Assembly: GCA_047495785.1 (NCBI GenBank)
Contig: JBLDXI010000004.1
Location: forward strand, 682,001-746,000
Direction of reading: 5' to 3'
DNA: 64,000 bases
Origin: Lepidodermella squamata
Lineage: Eukaryota > Animalia > Gastrotricha
The notes under the pieces were generated by a model. That model had not been told where the DNA came from. It saw only the letters and a program-made list of their open reading frames with translations, and ran no database searches. Positions 11,682 through 25,114 of this stretch are shown here, piece by piece. Both the position numbers and the translations under genes were made by a program. The stretch's first letter is position 1, and every line of letters begins with the position of its first letter.

Positions 11682-12579
11682 CTAACGACTGGTTTCGAGG
11701 AAATCAATAGGGTTCTATTGTTGAAAATCGGGGATTACACTTACTGTTTTCTCCTGTGATACATGAGAGCAGCGTGCTTCTAGCGCCTACCAGCTTCTAG
11801 TTGTTATAGAGATTATCGAAATAAATACTTTTCTGAAAATCTGTTCATATTGACTATTGACTAACTAACCGTTGGTCGAGGACATGAGCCATTTTGAGGA
11901 ATACACGAACGCAGGCCGTTATTGTCGCAAATCCAAGCTTCGAAACTCTGTTACACCACTTAATAATTCATATAATTAACTTCAATTCGAATCACTCACT
12001 AGGAAATCTTTGATAGTTGACCTGCAGAGATTGTACTGAGACTTGAAATTGATCCCGACAAATTCAGATATCTGGAATTTTTATTTATTCAAAATTAAAC
12101 TTTACAATTCATCACAAACAAATTTTGCTTGAAGAAATGACGAAGATAATAATTTCTGAATTTTGATTTATTTATTTCCTTGAACGACGGCTTCATTCAC
12201 GTTCCCATCTTCACGCAAAATCAAAATCAATGACTTTTAATTTTTAATCACATATAGCGAAGCTTGATTACAAATTCACACGCTGTTCCTCAAATTTGGA
12301 AACAAAAATACTCCCTAGTTCGAGTGTCCAATTTCGCGAACTGATTTGATGATCGAAAGTAGAGATGCCGCGGTTAACCACACAGCCGGCCCGTCATGTT
12401 CGAACCCGGCGGTTAACCGGAAAAAACTCGATTTCTGCTATATATTCATTTGAATTACTTAATCTTCTGGCTGGTAGGATCATCATCGCGTGTTGCCATG
12501 CGATACTATGCTCAACTCGCCAAACTCACTCGGGGTTCCAGATCGGAGGGAAATCATAATTCTCTAACCATAGAGTATT

Positions 12580-12754
12580 TGTAGACCTGGGATGCACCAA
12601 GCAACGACATTCAACCATTGACCATCTATTCATCTTTTGATATCGTTGTCTTGGAGCATCGTATATAAAATGAATATAACAGAAATAAAGACCATTCGTT
12701 GAGTTGCGTATGATTGGTGGTCTCTTGACTTCAAGACATAGACCAGGGTTAACA
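12580..12754 (+). repeat. LTR-A 5' LTR (175 bp)
   Basis: TG...CA termini, TATA-like tatataaaa, AATAAA, followed by PBS. Confidence 0.85.
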
Positions 12755-12756
12755 TT

Positions 12757-12770
12757 TGGTGGCAGCGGTG
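12757..12770 (+). promoter_or_regulatory. Primer-binding site, likely tRNA-Leu
   Basis: TGGTGGCAGCGGTG is complementary to a tRNA-Leu-type 3' end (...CACCGCTGCCACCA). Confidence 0.7.
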
Positions 12771-12871
12771 TCTGTGAAGAGCCCTAGCCTCGTTACCCAA
12801 CCCAATCGTACACCAACGTTTCAACACAAGCGTTGCATATCGGAAGTATTATATTTTTCATTCGTGCGAAA

Positions 12872-13595
12872 ATGGCCGAGTTCCGAGGCGTTTTCACACA
12901 AGTCGGTCGCACGATTCCTACAGAGTCGTACGACAAATATGAGGACGCTTTCGACGCGTTCATCGAGGGTGCCAGGCTCCTCGGAGCCTACGACCCGACG
13001 GTACCCGGTGCTGTAGCAACCGCCGAAGCAGCAGCAGCAGCCGCAGCCGCAGCTCTACCCGCCGGAGCCACGCCGCCACGTCGCATGACGGAGGCGGAGG
13101 CCATTGCCTCGCTCCCGGTTTTCCTAGATGCTAAATTAAGACGCATCTGGAAAGGTATGGATCGAGCCGCGATAGCAAGCTTGCCCCAAGCGAAACGCGC
13201 GCTAGCTGATGCCGCCGGCCTTCGTCCTTCGGACGTCGAGGCTTCCCGACGGCTAGAAGAAGCAGTTCAGTCACCGGGAGAAACGGCCCGGGACTTCTAC
13301 GACAGATGTCGCCGGCTTATGGAACAAATTGGCGTTGCAGAAGCAGGTTTCGACGCGATGCTGAAGTTTGCTTTCATCAACGGTTTACGCAGCGATCTCG
13401 GCGTCGCTGCTCAACGAGGCGGAACTGAGGTAGTTTCCGCCGAAATCCTCAAGCGTGCGGTCGAGGAGGAGCGAATCGCAGGAGGCCGCCCTGCCACTGT
13501 CAATGCGATCGCCGATGTCGTACGTCAAGATCTAGACGCACAGCAGCGTCGTCTGGAACAACGAATGGACGACGTCGTCAATCAAATAAGCCGAA
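12872..13595 (+). pseudogene. gag: LTR-A gag, N-terminal part (interrupted)
   Basis: MAEFRG start; major-homology-like QSPGETARDFYDR..FINGL; frame continues at 36860 once the insertion and one AA are removed. Confidence 0.85.
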
Positions 13596-16500
13596 CATAC
13601 GGGCGCCGCCGTTCACAAAGTCGAAGGAAAAAAGATCCCATGGGTCGAGCATTGTTCCTCTATATCACCGCGTAATAGTGAGCGTAACATGCTTGAGTTT
13701 ATTTTCGCCGGGCGTGAAGAAATTTTCTCTAAGTCAGAATATCAGAATTTCGGGAGATTGCGCAAAATTGTGACTGCGCATAAGTCCGCTATTCTGCTAC
13801 CGCCGACAGTTTCCGCTGGTTGCGATGCGCGTCGTGAAATTTGCGCAAAATATGCGACTTTCCGTTTATAAATCTCTGATTTCGTTCACATTTTGATTCT
13901 CATTATTTAATTACCCAACTTATGATGCAATTAAATTAAATTATGTCATTAAAAACTCAATTGTTGAAAATTATTTAATATACTTTCAAAAACTTGATGT
14001 AATTAATAATATTAATCGATATAATGAATGAAAAAATTGCATCAAAAAACGAAATGAATTTTTACGAAAAAAAATAAAAATTAGATAAAATATATCCGAT
14101 CATATTTTTAGAAATTATTTTTATTTTTTTTTACATTTTTGCGATATATGAAAAGTATTCGGCTAAAAAACTAAAAAAACGGATTTTTATTCTTTCTTTG
14201 CGGTAGTTTCGACACTTTCCATTTTAATTTAAATTTCCCGATGTTATGTTGACTGATGAACAGCGTCGATTTTCAGAGCCTGAGATTTCAGTCGGCGGCC
14301 GTTACCAATTTTCAAAATTTGTTCAGCAACATTATACGGGTTTCATGTACTTGCTGTATTTTTCTTGTTCAAAAATGCTCCTGTGTGAAGATATCATTTA
14401 GTGATCAAATAATATTTTACTTCGGTATGAATTTTTCACGGCAATGTTATCGAGTTATCAAGAGATTTATCAACATCCTGTTATATTTTTTCCAGGTTCA
14501 AATATCAACAGAAAAATTGCACCGCAGTGGAGTGGCACGAATTTCATTACAAATAGAGAACTTTCAGGAATTTATTGGTTTTGTGTTTTTAAACGCTGCC
14601 ATCTTTGCCGCGGACTCGAATTGGTTCTTGCCAGCAGCATGAGTAGCAGAAAGTCGCTAGTTTTGATTTTCGTTCAATTTTTCAGATGGCCGAGGCGACA
14701 GGTGACTGTCTGAAAAAAATTACTGAAAAAAATTGGATGGAATTTTTTGGCAGAGGATAATTCTTACGGATTGGCGATGGAATGATCCGAATGACAGCGA
14801 TGAGCCAAAAATCCTATGAATGATCCCATCCCTGCGAGATCGAAATAAATCGCCCTAACATTTGCTTTCGGCAGTAATTTCCTGCCATCAGCCGAGGGTG
14901 TTCTATGCTGATTTCTTCGCCGGAGATGGGCGATCAATTTGGTGCCTGGCTGGCGAAATTTACACGAATGTTCTCATTAATTGTTTGCGTGAATGACTTG
15001 AAATGTGAAATTTTTTCCTTACGCATTATTCAGAGCTGTTATTCTGCGCGAGACAGGCGAAAAAACGTAGAATGAATTAATATAATGAGCAATCTTTGCG
15101 GTGGAAAATTATTATCAGAAGGCTGTGAAAACAAGGCTGAAGTTGTCTTTAATTTTTCACAATGATAATAGCGCGCGCAGGGTGTTTTATTTATCGTATA
15201 CCTGCGGCTTAAAAGTGTGATATCCGAAAAAATTTGCCATTCAACGCGATCTCTCGCGTTAGTTATTAAAATTCAAAATATTTCGTAATGTGACTAAAAT
15301 CATCTGACATGACGATATCAATTTTTCTCGATTTTCCCCCGAGTTCGATTTCTTCCGTAGGGGCAAACCCCTTTTATGCACCCTATTTTGCCCCTTGAAC
15401 CGGCAGAATTTTACGGTGAAAGATTCATGGCGATGCGAGTAGTCTCTTTTTTACTGTAATTTTTTGAAAATATGAAAAACCAAGTCGCCAGGTTTCAGTC
15501 AATTTTGGTTGTCGGATGAAAAAACACATCGGTCGGATGTAAAAAGTTTTCCCCGCGCGCAAATTTTTGCGAGGTTGATAAATGGAGCAGAAAAAAATGG
15601 GGAAATCCCGCCCCCTGGAGGAAGAAATTTATTACTAGCCGAAAATGTATATATCCATCTCTAATAAATTTGCCGGAGATCAAAAAAGCGCTATACTGTT
15701 GAGAGCATGGTTTCGGTGAAATTTTGTTGCTGTTTCGAGCGGGGCGAGGCTTTGAACAGGCCAAAAAAAATGGAAATCATTTAAACTGATGAACTAATGA
15801 TGGATGAAAAGTGGCAACATTTTCAAATACCTGATATGCAGCTGTTAGGGATGGAAGGAGAAGAAAAAACATCGAACTTTATGTATTAGCCGATATAATT
15901 CGACCGATAAAAATCGATGTTTAGGCGCGGTACTAGGTTCCTGGCAGTATTAAGTTTCCCCATATTACCAGCCCGGAAAAAAATAGATTTGGGTATGAAT
16001 GGAGATCGCGCCTGGAGAACACATGAAAAATAGTGTTTTCATTGCTACGGCACAGTTACTAAATATTGGGGGAAAAGCCCGAATTTCTTAGGAAAATAAG
16101 AGGAAAATGAGTGACAATTTTTTTGAATTGAACTAGAACTTGTTGTTCGCAAAGGGTGTTCACGTTACGGAACAACTAGCACTTTAAATGCGAGTTTTTC
16201 CGCAGCGTGATAGAGTGAGTGAAGAATGTGTACAAAATACGGAAAAATACTGCCCGAAAAGAATGTAAAATGAGAGACAAAGTCTAATCGTTACGGCACC
16301 CTCGCAATAACAGGCTTTTTAGGTGACGTCATAGGCATGTGGAACGATTATTGTGATTTGTTGTATAATCTGGACACGTAATGAGGCGATCTTGGCTTTA
16401 TTATGGGTGGTTATTTTTAGAAAAAAATCCGATTTGCCGGTGTGGCGAAAAATGACGAAAAAGCGAAACGAGCCCCGGTCCATTTACGTAGATTCGAAAA

Positions 16501-17031
16501 TAATCAACTAAATTACTATCTGTTTTTCGCCTGGTTGTCATTACTGCTTTTTTATCCGAATCTTAAATAAGGATCATCCTAAATTATTCCAGTCTCGCAA
16601 AAGTTGAGGGAAAAATTACATGAATTGTCTGCCAATTTAAAAAAAAACTCGACAATAATACTTGCGATTCACAACAGTACAAACTGTATACGAGGTCGAA
16701 ATATCAGTAATCAATTCCCCTAATAATATCAAATAAAGCCGAATAACTCGCAAGGGAATTTAAAATTTTAAAATTTTAAATTAAAAAAATCACGCCTATA
16801 TACAAGATTGCATTTGCGCTGCGAAAAATTTTCAATTTCATGACGCTTTCTTTCATTAGTTGTATATTTTAATGAAACACGTGGTATCATAAAACTATGG
16901 TACATAAGTAACTGATTGTTTGTGGCCCTAGATAGCACTTGAATATCTTGAAAATCGGATTGCTGTTTCTTTATAACGCCTTTATAATAACTAAATGCAT
17001 TGTGTTTCAAGTAGTAAGTAGCACTTTGAAC

Positions 17032-17302
17032 CGCGCGCTGATTGGTCAATTTATTGTTGCTATGACTCCGGGATGAAACAATTTAGTCGTGCAATCCACT
17101 AATAAATTATTTTCTATTTATGCAAAAAATGACCTTGCCACACCCTCTGCACGGTTTCCATTGACCACGAGCGTAAACCCCATAATAATCGTAGCAATTT
17201 ACTGCGGCAAAAAACACTTGTTGCAAAAAATTCAATGGATCGCACAACCAACATGTTTCATCCGGGAGTCATAGCAACGATCGATTGACCAATCAGCGCG
17301 CG
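17032..17302. promoter_or_regulatory. Imperfect palindrome with outward-facing CCAAT-GCGCG motifs; possible divergent promoter
   Basis: cgcgcgctgattggtcaat..gctatgactccgggatgaaaca vs tgtttcatccgggagtcatagc..attgaccaatcagcgcgcg. Confidence 0.45.
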
Positions 17303-17323
17303 CCCAGAAATTCTACTATTTAG

Positions 17324-18012
17324 CTCAAGCACAATGTGTCAAACAAAAATTCTCGCCAAAAGAAGGAAGAATTCGCCAACACTCGTCTACCTCAGATCAC
17401 ATCTCAAGGCCGAATGATAGCTTTTAAGCTAGAGTATAACCATCAGCTGACTTTTGGACAGGTAAATATATTTTCAAAGGGCTATTTTGCGATATTTATT
17501 TATATCAAATGGGGGGAAAAGGGGAAAGGCTATTCAATTTTGACAAGATTTTTTATTCGCTATTAAGATTGTATTCATTTTTCCTTAACATATTATTATG
17601 TCAAAAATTATAGGAATGCGATGTGTATAATTTCGATTGCGAAGACGCGCCAACTGTTCCCACGAAAGTTGTCCAGCACGAGCATGTGGCGGAGCTGACC
17701 GAGGCTCACAAGGATCGCCTGCACAAGCAGGTGCGTTGCATCCCCTGCTATGACCGGCTAAGGCTCGATCTTGGCTTCTCTGCAGAGGAGGCGGGCAAAA
17801 AATGTCGCAAGGCGACGCAGCGGTGCGTCACTTGTCCCGGAAGGCCGGGCATTTGCCGCCAATGCTGGCCGTACATCGAAAATCACGGCGGGGTGAGTGG
17901 GCCAGCGGAACCGGGGCCAGCGGAGTCAGGAGAACCAGTCCAACCAGTGGACAAGATGGAAGAAGATCGCGGAATTTCCTTGGAGCGACTTTTTGCCTTA
18001 TGCGACGATTAA
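17324..18012 (+). CDS. Spliced gene (start uncertain) encoding a piggyBac-type C-terminal cysteine-rich domain
   Basis: Exon ..RMIAFKLEYNHQLTFGQ|gtaaat, then tag|ECDVY..H..RCIPCY..G..A.KK..RCVTC..PGICRQCW...H; no DDD core nearby. Confidence 0.6.
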
Positions 18013-19174
18013 TTCTTGTTATAATTTATTGCGCTATATTATTATTATTATTATGTGATGATTAGGCCCAAAAAAGCAAAAAAATCAAATGCAGAATAGT
18101 TTCACCTTGAGTTAACAATTCTAACTTAGTACGGCAGATATTCGGCAAGAAATTCCAGTTTAAACCTCAGATTTTTATGCAAATTCAAGCCATATAAAAT
18201 GAAGAAAAATTATACTAGTTTGCTGATGCTTAGGACTTATAAATTACCTGTTCGCCGCTTTGAACGAAATAAATAATAAAAATCTTATCATCGCCTAAGA
18301 AAAAAAGTCGTTCTAAATAATCCCGCGATCTTCTTCCTTGTTATGGTTTGGTGATAAAAACAAAAATCGTTGAGCGAATTGGCCTGAATTAATGTTGCAA
18401 AAAATAAATGTGCCTAATCGAAGGTATAAGCCCAAAATCTAACGTATTCAATCACTGAAAATAATTTGGTGAAACTTGTGGAGAAAAATATATCGACAAC
18501 AAGTGAGAGGAAATATTAAACAATTAAAATAATTTTAATTTGAAAATACTAAACAATTTAAAAATAATTTTGGAGACAGTGATAGTAAGAGTTATCAAAA
18601 TTGCGAAATTGTACGTTGATATAGGGAACCCCCAGCTCTAGTTCGAAAACAAGGAGAAACCCCGGCTTTAAAATCTTCCTAGTTCGTTGTTTTTCAGCAT
18701 GCAAAATTCAGATTATTCTACAAAAATTTCAATTTCTTCAATTTAATAGCACGTGATTGAAACGTGAAAAAGCGCGCCGTTATAAGTGCAAGAGAACAGC
18801 AAGAGAGGCTAGGTATAAATTTCTTAACGCCAAGAAAATGTGACATATTCAATTAAAGGATTTTTTATATTAAAAAATTAAACGCCGTTGCGGGTTCCCT
18901 GTAACGTGAGATTCGTTGTTATTCCCCTGCGTTAAATAAATTTGGTACTTTTTCTTATCATGTGTCTCGAACTGGTGGTGCTGGTAGTAGCTGTTTTCAA
19001 ATTACAGAGCTCTTAGCGTTGCGCAATATAGGCTCGTCCTTTGTGGCTGATGTTACGTGTTTAGTGGAGGCAGAGGAATTTTAATATTTTATCTATTTTT
19101 GGCGTCCTAATTTTCACCATGATATTTGCTGCCTAAAATCGACGCGGCTCCCGCAACGTTCATGGCGTTCTCAA

Positions 19175-19441
19175 AGAGTTCACATTGTTCTCAGACTTCG
19201 ATTACGCCGTCGCCTTCGCTTGTCCCATTTTCCGCTGATTTTTCAATCCTAGAAATCTTAAAATTCCACGAAGTGGCTTTCTCTCGCGGAAGAGTTCACA
19301 TTGTTCTTGGACTTCGATTACGCCGGCATTATGCGTCCTAATTTTCGTCCGATTCCGTGGAAATCGTAAAAATTTTCAACTCGACTGCAGCCTGCATGGA
19401 AATCTGAAAAGAGGTCACATTGTTCTAGTCGGTGATTACGT
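19175..19441. repeat. Three degenerate ~115-bp tandem units
   Basis: aagagttcacattgttct..cttcgattacg recurs at ~19175, ~19290 and ~19409. Confidence 0.65.
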
Positions 19442-19692
19442 GCATATCTCTATCGTCGTTTTTAGACTAGCGGAGGGTTACGGAGGGGTTCGTTAATGCC
19501 AGCAGTTGCCATCTCCTTTTTTGAGGCCCTGCTAAGACAAATTTCGATTACGCAACTGAGCGAGTTTAAAACTTGGAATTTTCATTTTTCATGTTTTGAC
19601 ATCAAGCAATGTAAAACTTATACATTCATTTTCCACGTCAATTCTTATTTCCTATTTTTTTCATAATTGGTCACACCGATTTTACCGTTGGA

Positions 19693-21070
19693 ATGGAATC
19701 TACCTCCAAATGGAATTTTCGCGAAGAAAGTCTCTTAATTGACGAGCTAAAATCTCAGCAAGTTTCGGCGGCTACGATAGGAGCAGAGCTCGTGCAATTC
19801 GATTTGAAGTCGATTACGTCCATACTCAACGATGCTGGTAGCGCTAAAACGAGAGAGCAAGTGGAAAGAAAAGTTAATTGGTTGAAGGAAGAATATAAGA
19901 GAGAAGAGGCGAGAATGAAGGCGACTGGAGAAGAAGCCTCGACAATGAGGAATTACGAGCGCCTGAAAGATATCTGGGGTAAATCGCCCGCCTGCCTCCC
20001 ACCCAAGATTCGGCGTGACTCCGGAGTTATAAATGTTGATCCAGATCTGGAAATCAAAGAGGAATTGGTTGATCCGCCGAGTTTACCCGAGCCACCGTTC
20101 AAGCGTGGGAGATCGCTTTCCGGCGGAGGAACTTCAAAGCGGCAAACGTTGGAAGTCGCGACAGCCACGGCCGGCTCAAATGTCAGTCTTACAGCTGCCG
20201 CGAAATCGACTGCGTCGACTTCTACGGCAAGCCGCGACGTTCCAGCTAGGCCGCGCTTAAAAACGAGGAAAGACTACCTCAAGTCCCAAATCGCGGAGGA
20301 GCAAGTAATTTGTAAGGAAATGCTCGAAATTGAACGCGAAAGTGTTCGTGAAAAACAAAACCGTTTCAAGTTGGAGCAAGCTAAAATTGAGCAGGAGGAG
20401 CGCCGGATTAAAATTGAAGAAGAAAGGTATAATTTTTGAATACAAAAATTGAAATTTTTTCAAATACATAAACATTCAACATTTATTTTATATAGAATTT
20501 TTATGAAAACCGAGTTGTTTTTTTGAATATTATTCAGAAAATTCGGCTTGATTTTAATAATTTTTCAGAGTTTTTTTTAATTAAAAGTGAACGCAAAAAA
20601 TAGACGCTATCTATTAAATTCGATTAAAATTAAATTCGATTAAATTATTAAATTAAATTCGTAAAAATTCGATAAATTAAAAAAATGGCCGATGAAATAA
20701 TTGATGATCACACGGAAATGATTTTTGTATACTATGCAGGTTACGGCAAAACAACGAGATGATGCGGCAGCAAATGGAGCTGAATCGACAGCAGCTTCAG
20801 CTCAGCCAAATGCAAGCCGCCGCTTTACTTCGCATGCAGATTCCAGCTCAACAATACGCACCGCCTCCGCCACCACCAGCCGAACCACAACCGCGGCCAC
20901 CTGGCCCCGTAGTCTTGAATCCGACCGGGTTGTTTGCTCCGAACCCGACCGGGCCCTTTGCTGTAAATCAGCCGACCGGAACATTCGCCCCGAATCCGAA
21001 TATCCCTTCCTCTTTAAATCCGGGTTTCTTTCAGCCATTACCTCCGAATTTTCCTCAGTGGCGTCAATGA
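19693..21070 (+). CDS. Harbinger Myb/SANT-like DNA-binding protein (exons 19693-20426, 20740-21070)
   Basis: W..EE..LI ... KTREQV..K..WLKEEYK trihelix pattern; coiled coil; in-frame GT-AG intron; Pro/Gln-rich tail. Confidence 0.85.
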
Positions 21071-21278
21071 AGAAATTCGAAAATTTCAACTGCGCTTGAC
21101 TATCAAAAATTTCATTTTAAATATTTCCCTCTTCTTGATACATAATACGCTTTAATTCGATAGAAGCTGAAAAAATTCATTGCTATAACCATTGAATTTA
21201 AGGTCAAATAAAGCCAAATAAGTAAGAATGCAAGAATTGGATACTTTTATTCATGTCGAAAATCTTCATTTTCAATTT

Positions 21279-22694
21279 TCATTGGTGTCCCATGATATCA
21301 AGAAAATGACGAGAAAACGCATCTCTAACACGACGGCCTCGCTCGTGAAATAGCCCCTCCAGCTGTCGTAGAGCCGGGTTACCTGGCGGCATTGGAATCA
21401 TGATCGGCTGTACACCAACGATTTGTTGCGCCCATTGCTCAAAGAAGGGTTGATTCGATCTTTGGCAATAGTTGTGTAGCGTGGTTGTAGCTGCGACCAA
21501 GTCGGCCTGAAATTCGACTGACATAGCATTCACGACCAGAACTCTCTGCCAGCGACCCTTCCACCATCCTATAACCTGTTCGTCCCACCAACGTGCTGCT
21601 TTATGGCTGTTGTTGTAAAAACGCAAATTCGGATTCGCCTCGACCTCAGCTTCCGAATAAGGAGTTAATAACCACGGCAATTGAGGGTAAGCCCTGTCTC
21701 CAAGGACCGCAATAGGGACTTCTTCCCCGGAGACAATCGAGCCAAAATCAGGGAAAAGGTCACAGCCTTGGCGTTCCGCTCGGATGAACAAGGATGACCA
21801 GGTCAGCATTCGAGCGTCATGAACAGAGCCAGCCGAGCCCGCGTAGACATCCAGAAAGCAACCGTCATGTCCAGCCAAAAGCTACATATCAATTATAGCT
21901 TATTAATTTTCAAATATAATAAGCTATAATTACCCTCCTCTTCCTCTTCAGTAAAATTCTTCTATATTTTTTTTCATTTTAAAAAAATTTCTCACTGTCA
22001 ATTAGTGACTATAAAAATGCATAAAAATCTATGTAAAACGGAGACAAATTTCAACCTGAACTGCGATTGAATAATTTTGCTTCCGATCGAAATAATCGGC
22101 AGGATTTTCGACAGGACCGTTAATTGCGACATGTGAGCCGTCGATTGCGCCGATACAGCCCGGAAAATTCGTACGATTTTGAAACCCTTCGATTGCCCTG
22201 GCAAGTTCGGCTGCATTTGAGGGCAATTTAACCAGTTGATGAAATAGGTGAGCTATAATCGAGCGGCAAAATTCGTGAACTGTTAAGCACAATGTAGCAG
22301 TCGACATCCCGAATAATTCACCGACGGTTCGCATTTCACCATGTGTGGCAAGGAACCACAAAGCTGCTCCGACCCGGTGCCAAACAGGAAACGCCGGCCG
22401 AAAAATTGTATCCTCCCGATACAAGTCATTGTATACAACCTCAACCAGATGATTATAGGCCCCTCGATTCATTCTAATGTTAGATATCATCTCCTCATCG
22501 GTGAAATTTAAAAAAATTTCATTAGCATAAGTTCGGCTCCTTGCTCGCGTCCAAAACCGTCGACTCACGATTGATGAAAATTCAAGTACTAACCGGCGTC
22601 TCCTATTCAAACTGAGTCTAAACATTATTTTTCTCAAAAAACGCCTCATTTTTGCAAAGAAACAGCGCCAAATTTCATAGTGTGAAAAATACAT
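21279..22694 (-). CDS. Harbinger DDE transposase (exons ~22694-22056, 21881-21279)
   Basis: GAIDGSHV, YSIAVQ|LL, GSVHDARML, LGDRAYP..WLLTPY, EQVIGWWKGRW; 174-nt intron keeps frame. Confidence 0.92.
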
Positions 22695-25114
22695 AAAAAC
22701 TTTATTTTTTCAAAGGCTCAGTTGCATAATCAAAATGTGTCTTAACGGAGCCTAAATTAAGAGTGTAGCAACCGATGGCGTTAACGAACGCCTCCGTACC
22801 CCTCCGTCGTGTAAAAACGACGTATATTTAGCGGCCGATTACGTCTCGTCAAATTTCATCCTGCTTTTATGCGTTGAAATATTTAGGCTTTTATTGTCTG
22901 CATGCTGTCTTGTTTCTCTCCCACTCTTCCTCTCTCTCTCTCTCTCTCCGAAGAATATTTCCACGAATTTTATTTCTTTAGAGAAGTTTAATAATTAATT
23001 TCAACAAAAATTTACAAGGCGCGAATCACCAAATGTATATAGGTAACTATGTATAAACGAGGCTGGGAATGCGGGAGAAATTAAGCGGAAATCAGAGGGA
23101 ATATTTGAGCAATTTTAGTAAAATAGCTATTAAAATTACACGCCCTAATAATATTTAAAGACAACAACAATATCACCCCAGTCATTATTCCCAGTCTTCA
23201 GACCTCGCCAGCGTAGCTTGATTGGAAAAATGCGGCTAATCTTTCGCGGCCATAACGAAAATTCAGCTTCTGAAACATTTATCAGATTGAAGAAAGCCTT
23301 TCTTTCCATCTCGAACGATTTCGCCAACCGATGATGGGGTCTAAGGAACAAAAGGCATCGCGAAAAAATGATTAGTTCCATATATAGGCAATATAGGCAA
23401 ATATAGGCTCATTCTGAGGCCATATTTGAGGCCAGTAATTTTTTTAAATTATTTTTAACAATTTAGGGTTTTAATTAAAATTTAAACATGTTTTCATTTA
23501 TTTCAATTTTTCTAAAAAACAGAAAAAATACCTGGGGTTTATGTCGTGAAAATTTGCGAAGCGGCATGGCACAGAAACACGCCCTGCCTTCAGGTCCGCG
23601 CCTTCTGATTTAGTCGCCGGTTTACTTAGGATCGACGCTATTCGTAGGGCTATTTGATTAATTACAGAATAAATAGGTCCACGTGCTACGGTTGGTAAAT
23701 TGGGCGGCCGGGTGTTTTTACGAAGTGCGCGAATGGCCTCTTTCATTTCACCATCGCCATAGTGCGTGGTGCCGAAAAATTGAGGGGAAGGACAGGGTCT
23801 CGGGCGTAAACTATGTTGGTTTATAACCATGGAGTTGAAAAAAATGTATAAAAATCGCAACAAACTTTCAAGTTTTGCAAAATATTAGTTTGGCTAGTTC
23901 AGTTGAGTTAATCGGCGTCAGACTTTCATGCCATTTATATAACCAGCGATTACAAGTCTTGGTGACACGTGCGTGGCAACAACACGTAGTTATGATGGCA
24001 ATTCCTGTAATCAGCCTATAAGAGCATCGCGCCCTAAATTCGCCCACTTCATGAGGTTTTCCCCACTTTGCCAACAATTATATTTTGCCCAATAATTCAC
24101 ATTTTTAGTTTTGAACCGATTTTTCTGCCGAATTATGGCCGAAATTTGGACACCAAGTGCTTTACAGCAGTTTTTTGCTCACAGTGGGTGGCCGAATTTA
24201 CGAGATGGCCGAAATCAGGGTTGGATAGAGTTTTTGAAGTAGTTATTCTAGCAACAAATCCTATACTTTAATGAGTTACCGTCATTAATTCTTTTTTTGA
24301 GGTGGATTTATGAGGTGAAATCGAGTTAGAAATTGTGAATTTCTACAGTTGAGCATGGGAGACAAAAAGTAAGGAATATGTCACATCCTTTTTTATTTCA
24401 AAATTCATGAAAAATCGACGGAAATTGACATTGGGTGTTGATGAGAACAGAGAGAAATAGTTTTCGATAGGACTAGTTCCAGCTTGCATCATTTCAGTTT
24501 ACGGCATGTCGCTTCTTAAGGGTACATTCAGTGTAAGCCGGTTTGTAAGACCGCAGCCAGTTAGTCTCCAGGTCGACGCATCCGCGGAACAAATAGTTGA
24601 GCAGTATTCCATTCGGCGACCAAAATCTAGGAAAATGAAAATTTATTTCGTGAACAATTCAACATCGAATAATTTTAGGTTTTCCGTTCAAATCAAGTAT
24701 CAATTTGAAAAACAGTAAAGAAATGAAAAATCGAGACTTCCCAATAGTTATAACCCCCTATACTTTACGTCAATTAATTCTGAAAACTGATAAATCGCAA
24801 GCGTCTCGCTTAGCTGCAAAGCATTGTTAGACAATCAACGCTTAGTTTCGAATTAATCAGCTGTTTCTCAGCTGACGATCGGTTTCAGAACATCGCAATT
24901 TTCGCCAAGTACAATTAGCAAAGAATTTCTCATGTCCGATCGAAGGAAACGACGATCTCAGCCTCGCATGCCGAGGTTGAAGGGGAGTCTCCAAATTTGC
25001 AAATAAATCTTCCCAATCGCGTGATTATGATGGGCTTGCCCTCAGCCTGACAAGCGACAACATACAAATATCAGCCAGTACCTATAGCAGATACGTCATT
25101 TTGACCCTCTACAG

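Larger units (their letters stand above)
19454..22822. mobile_element. PIF/Harbinger transposon nested in the giant element
   Basis: ~47-bp imperfect TIRs (cgtcgtttttagac.. / ..gtgtaaaaacgacg); 3-bp TSD TAT; convergent Myb/SANT and transposase genes. Confidence 0.9.

Noticed and set aside
14256-14713. Possible cargo gene near the left end
   Set aside because: Splice-like sites exist but no coherent frame or recognisable motif could be built
19175-19441. CRISPR-like repeat-spacer pattern
   Set aside because: Only three degenerate units, eukaryotic context, no cas genes
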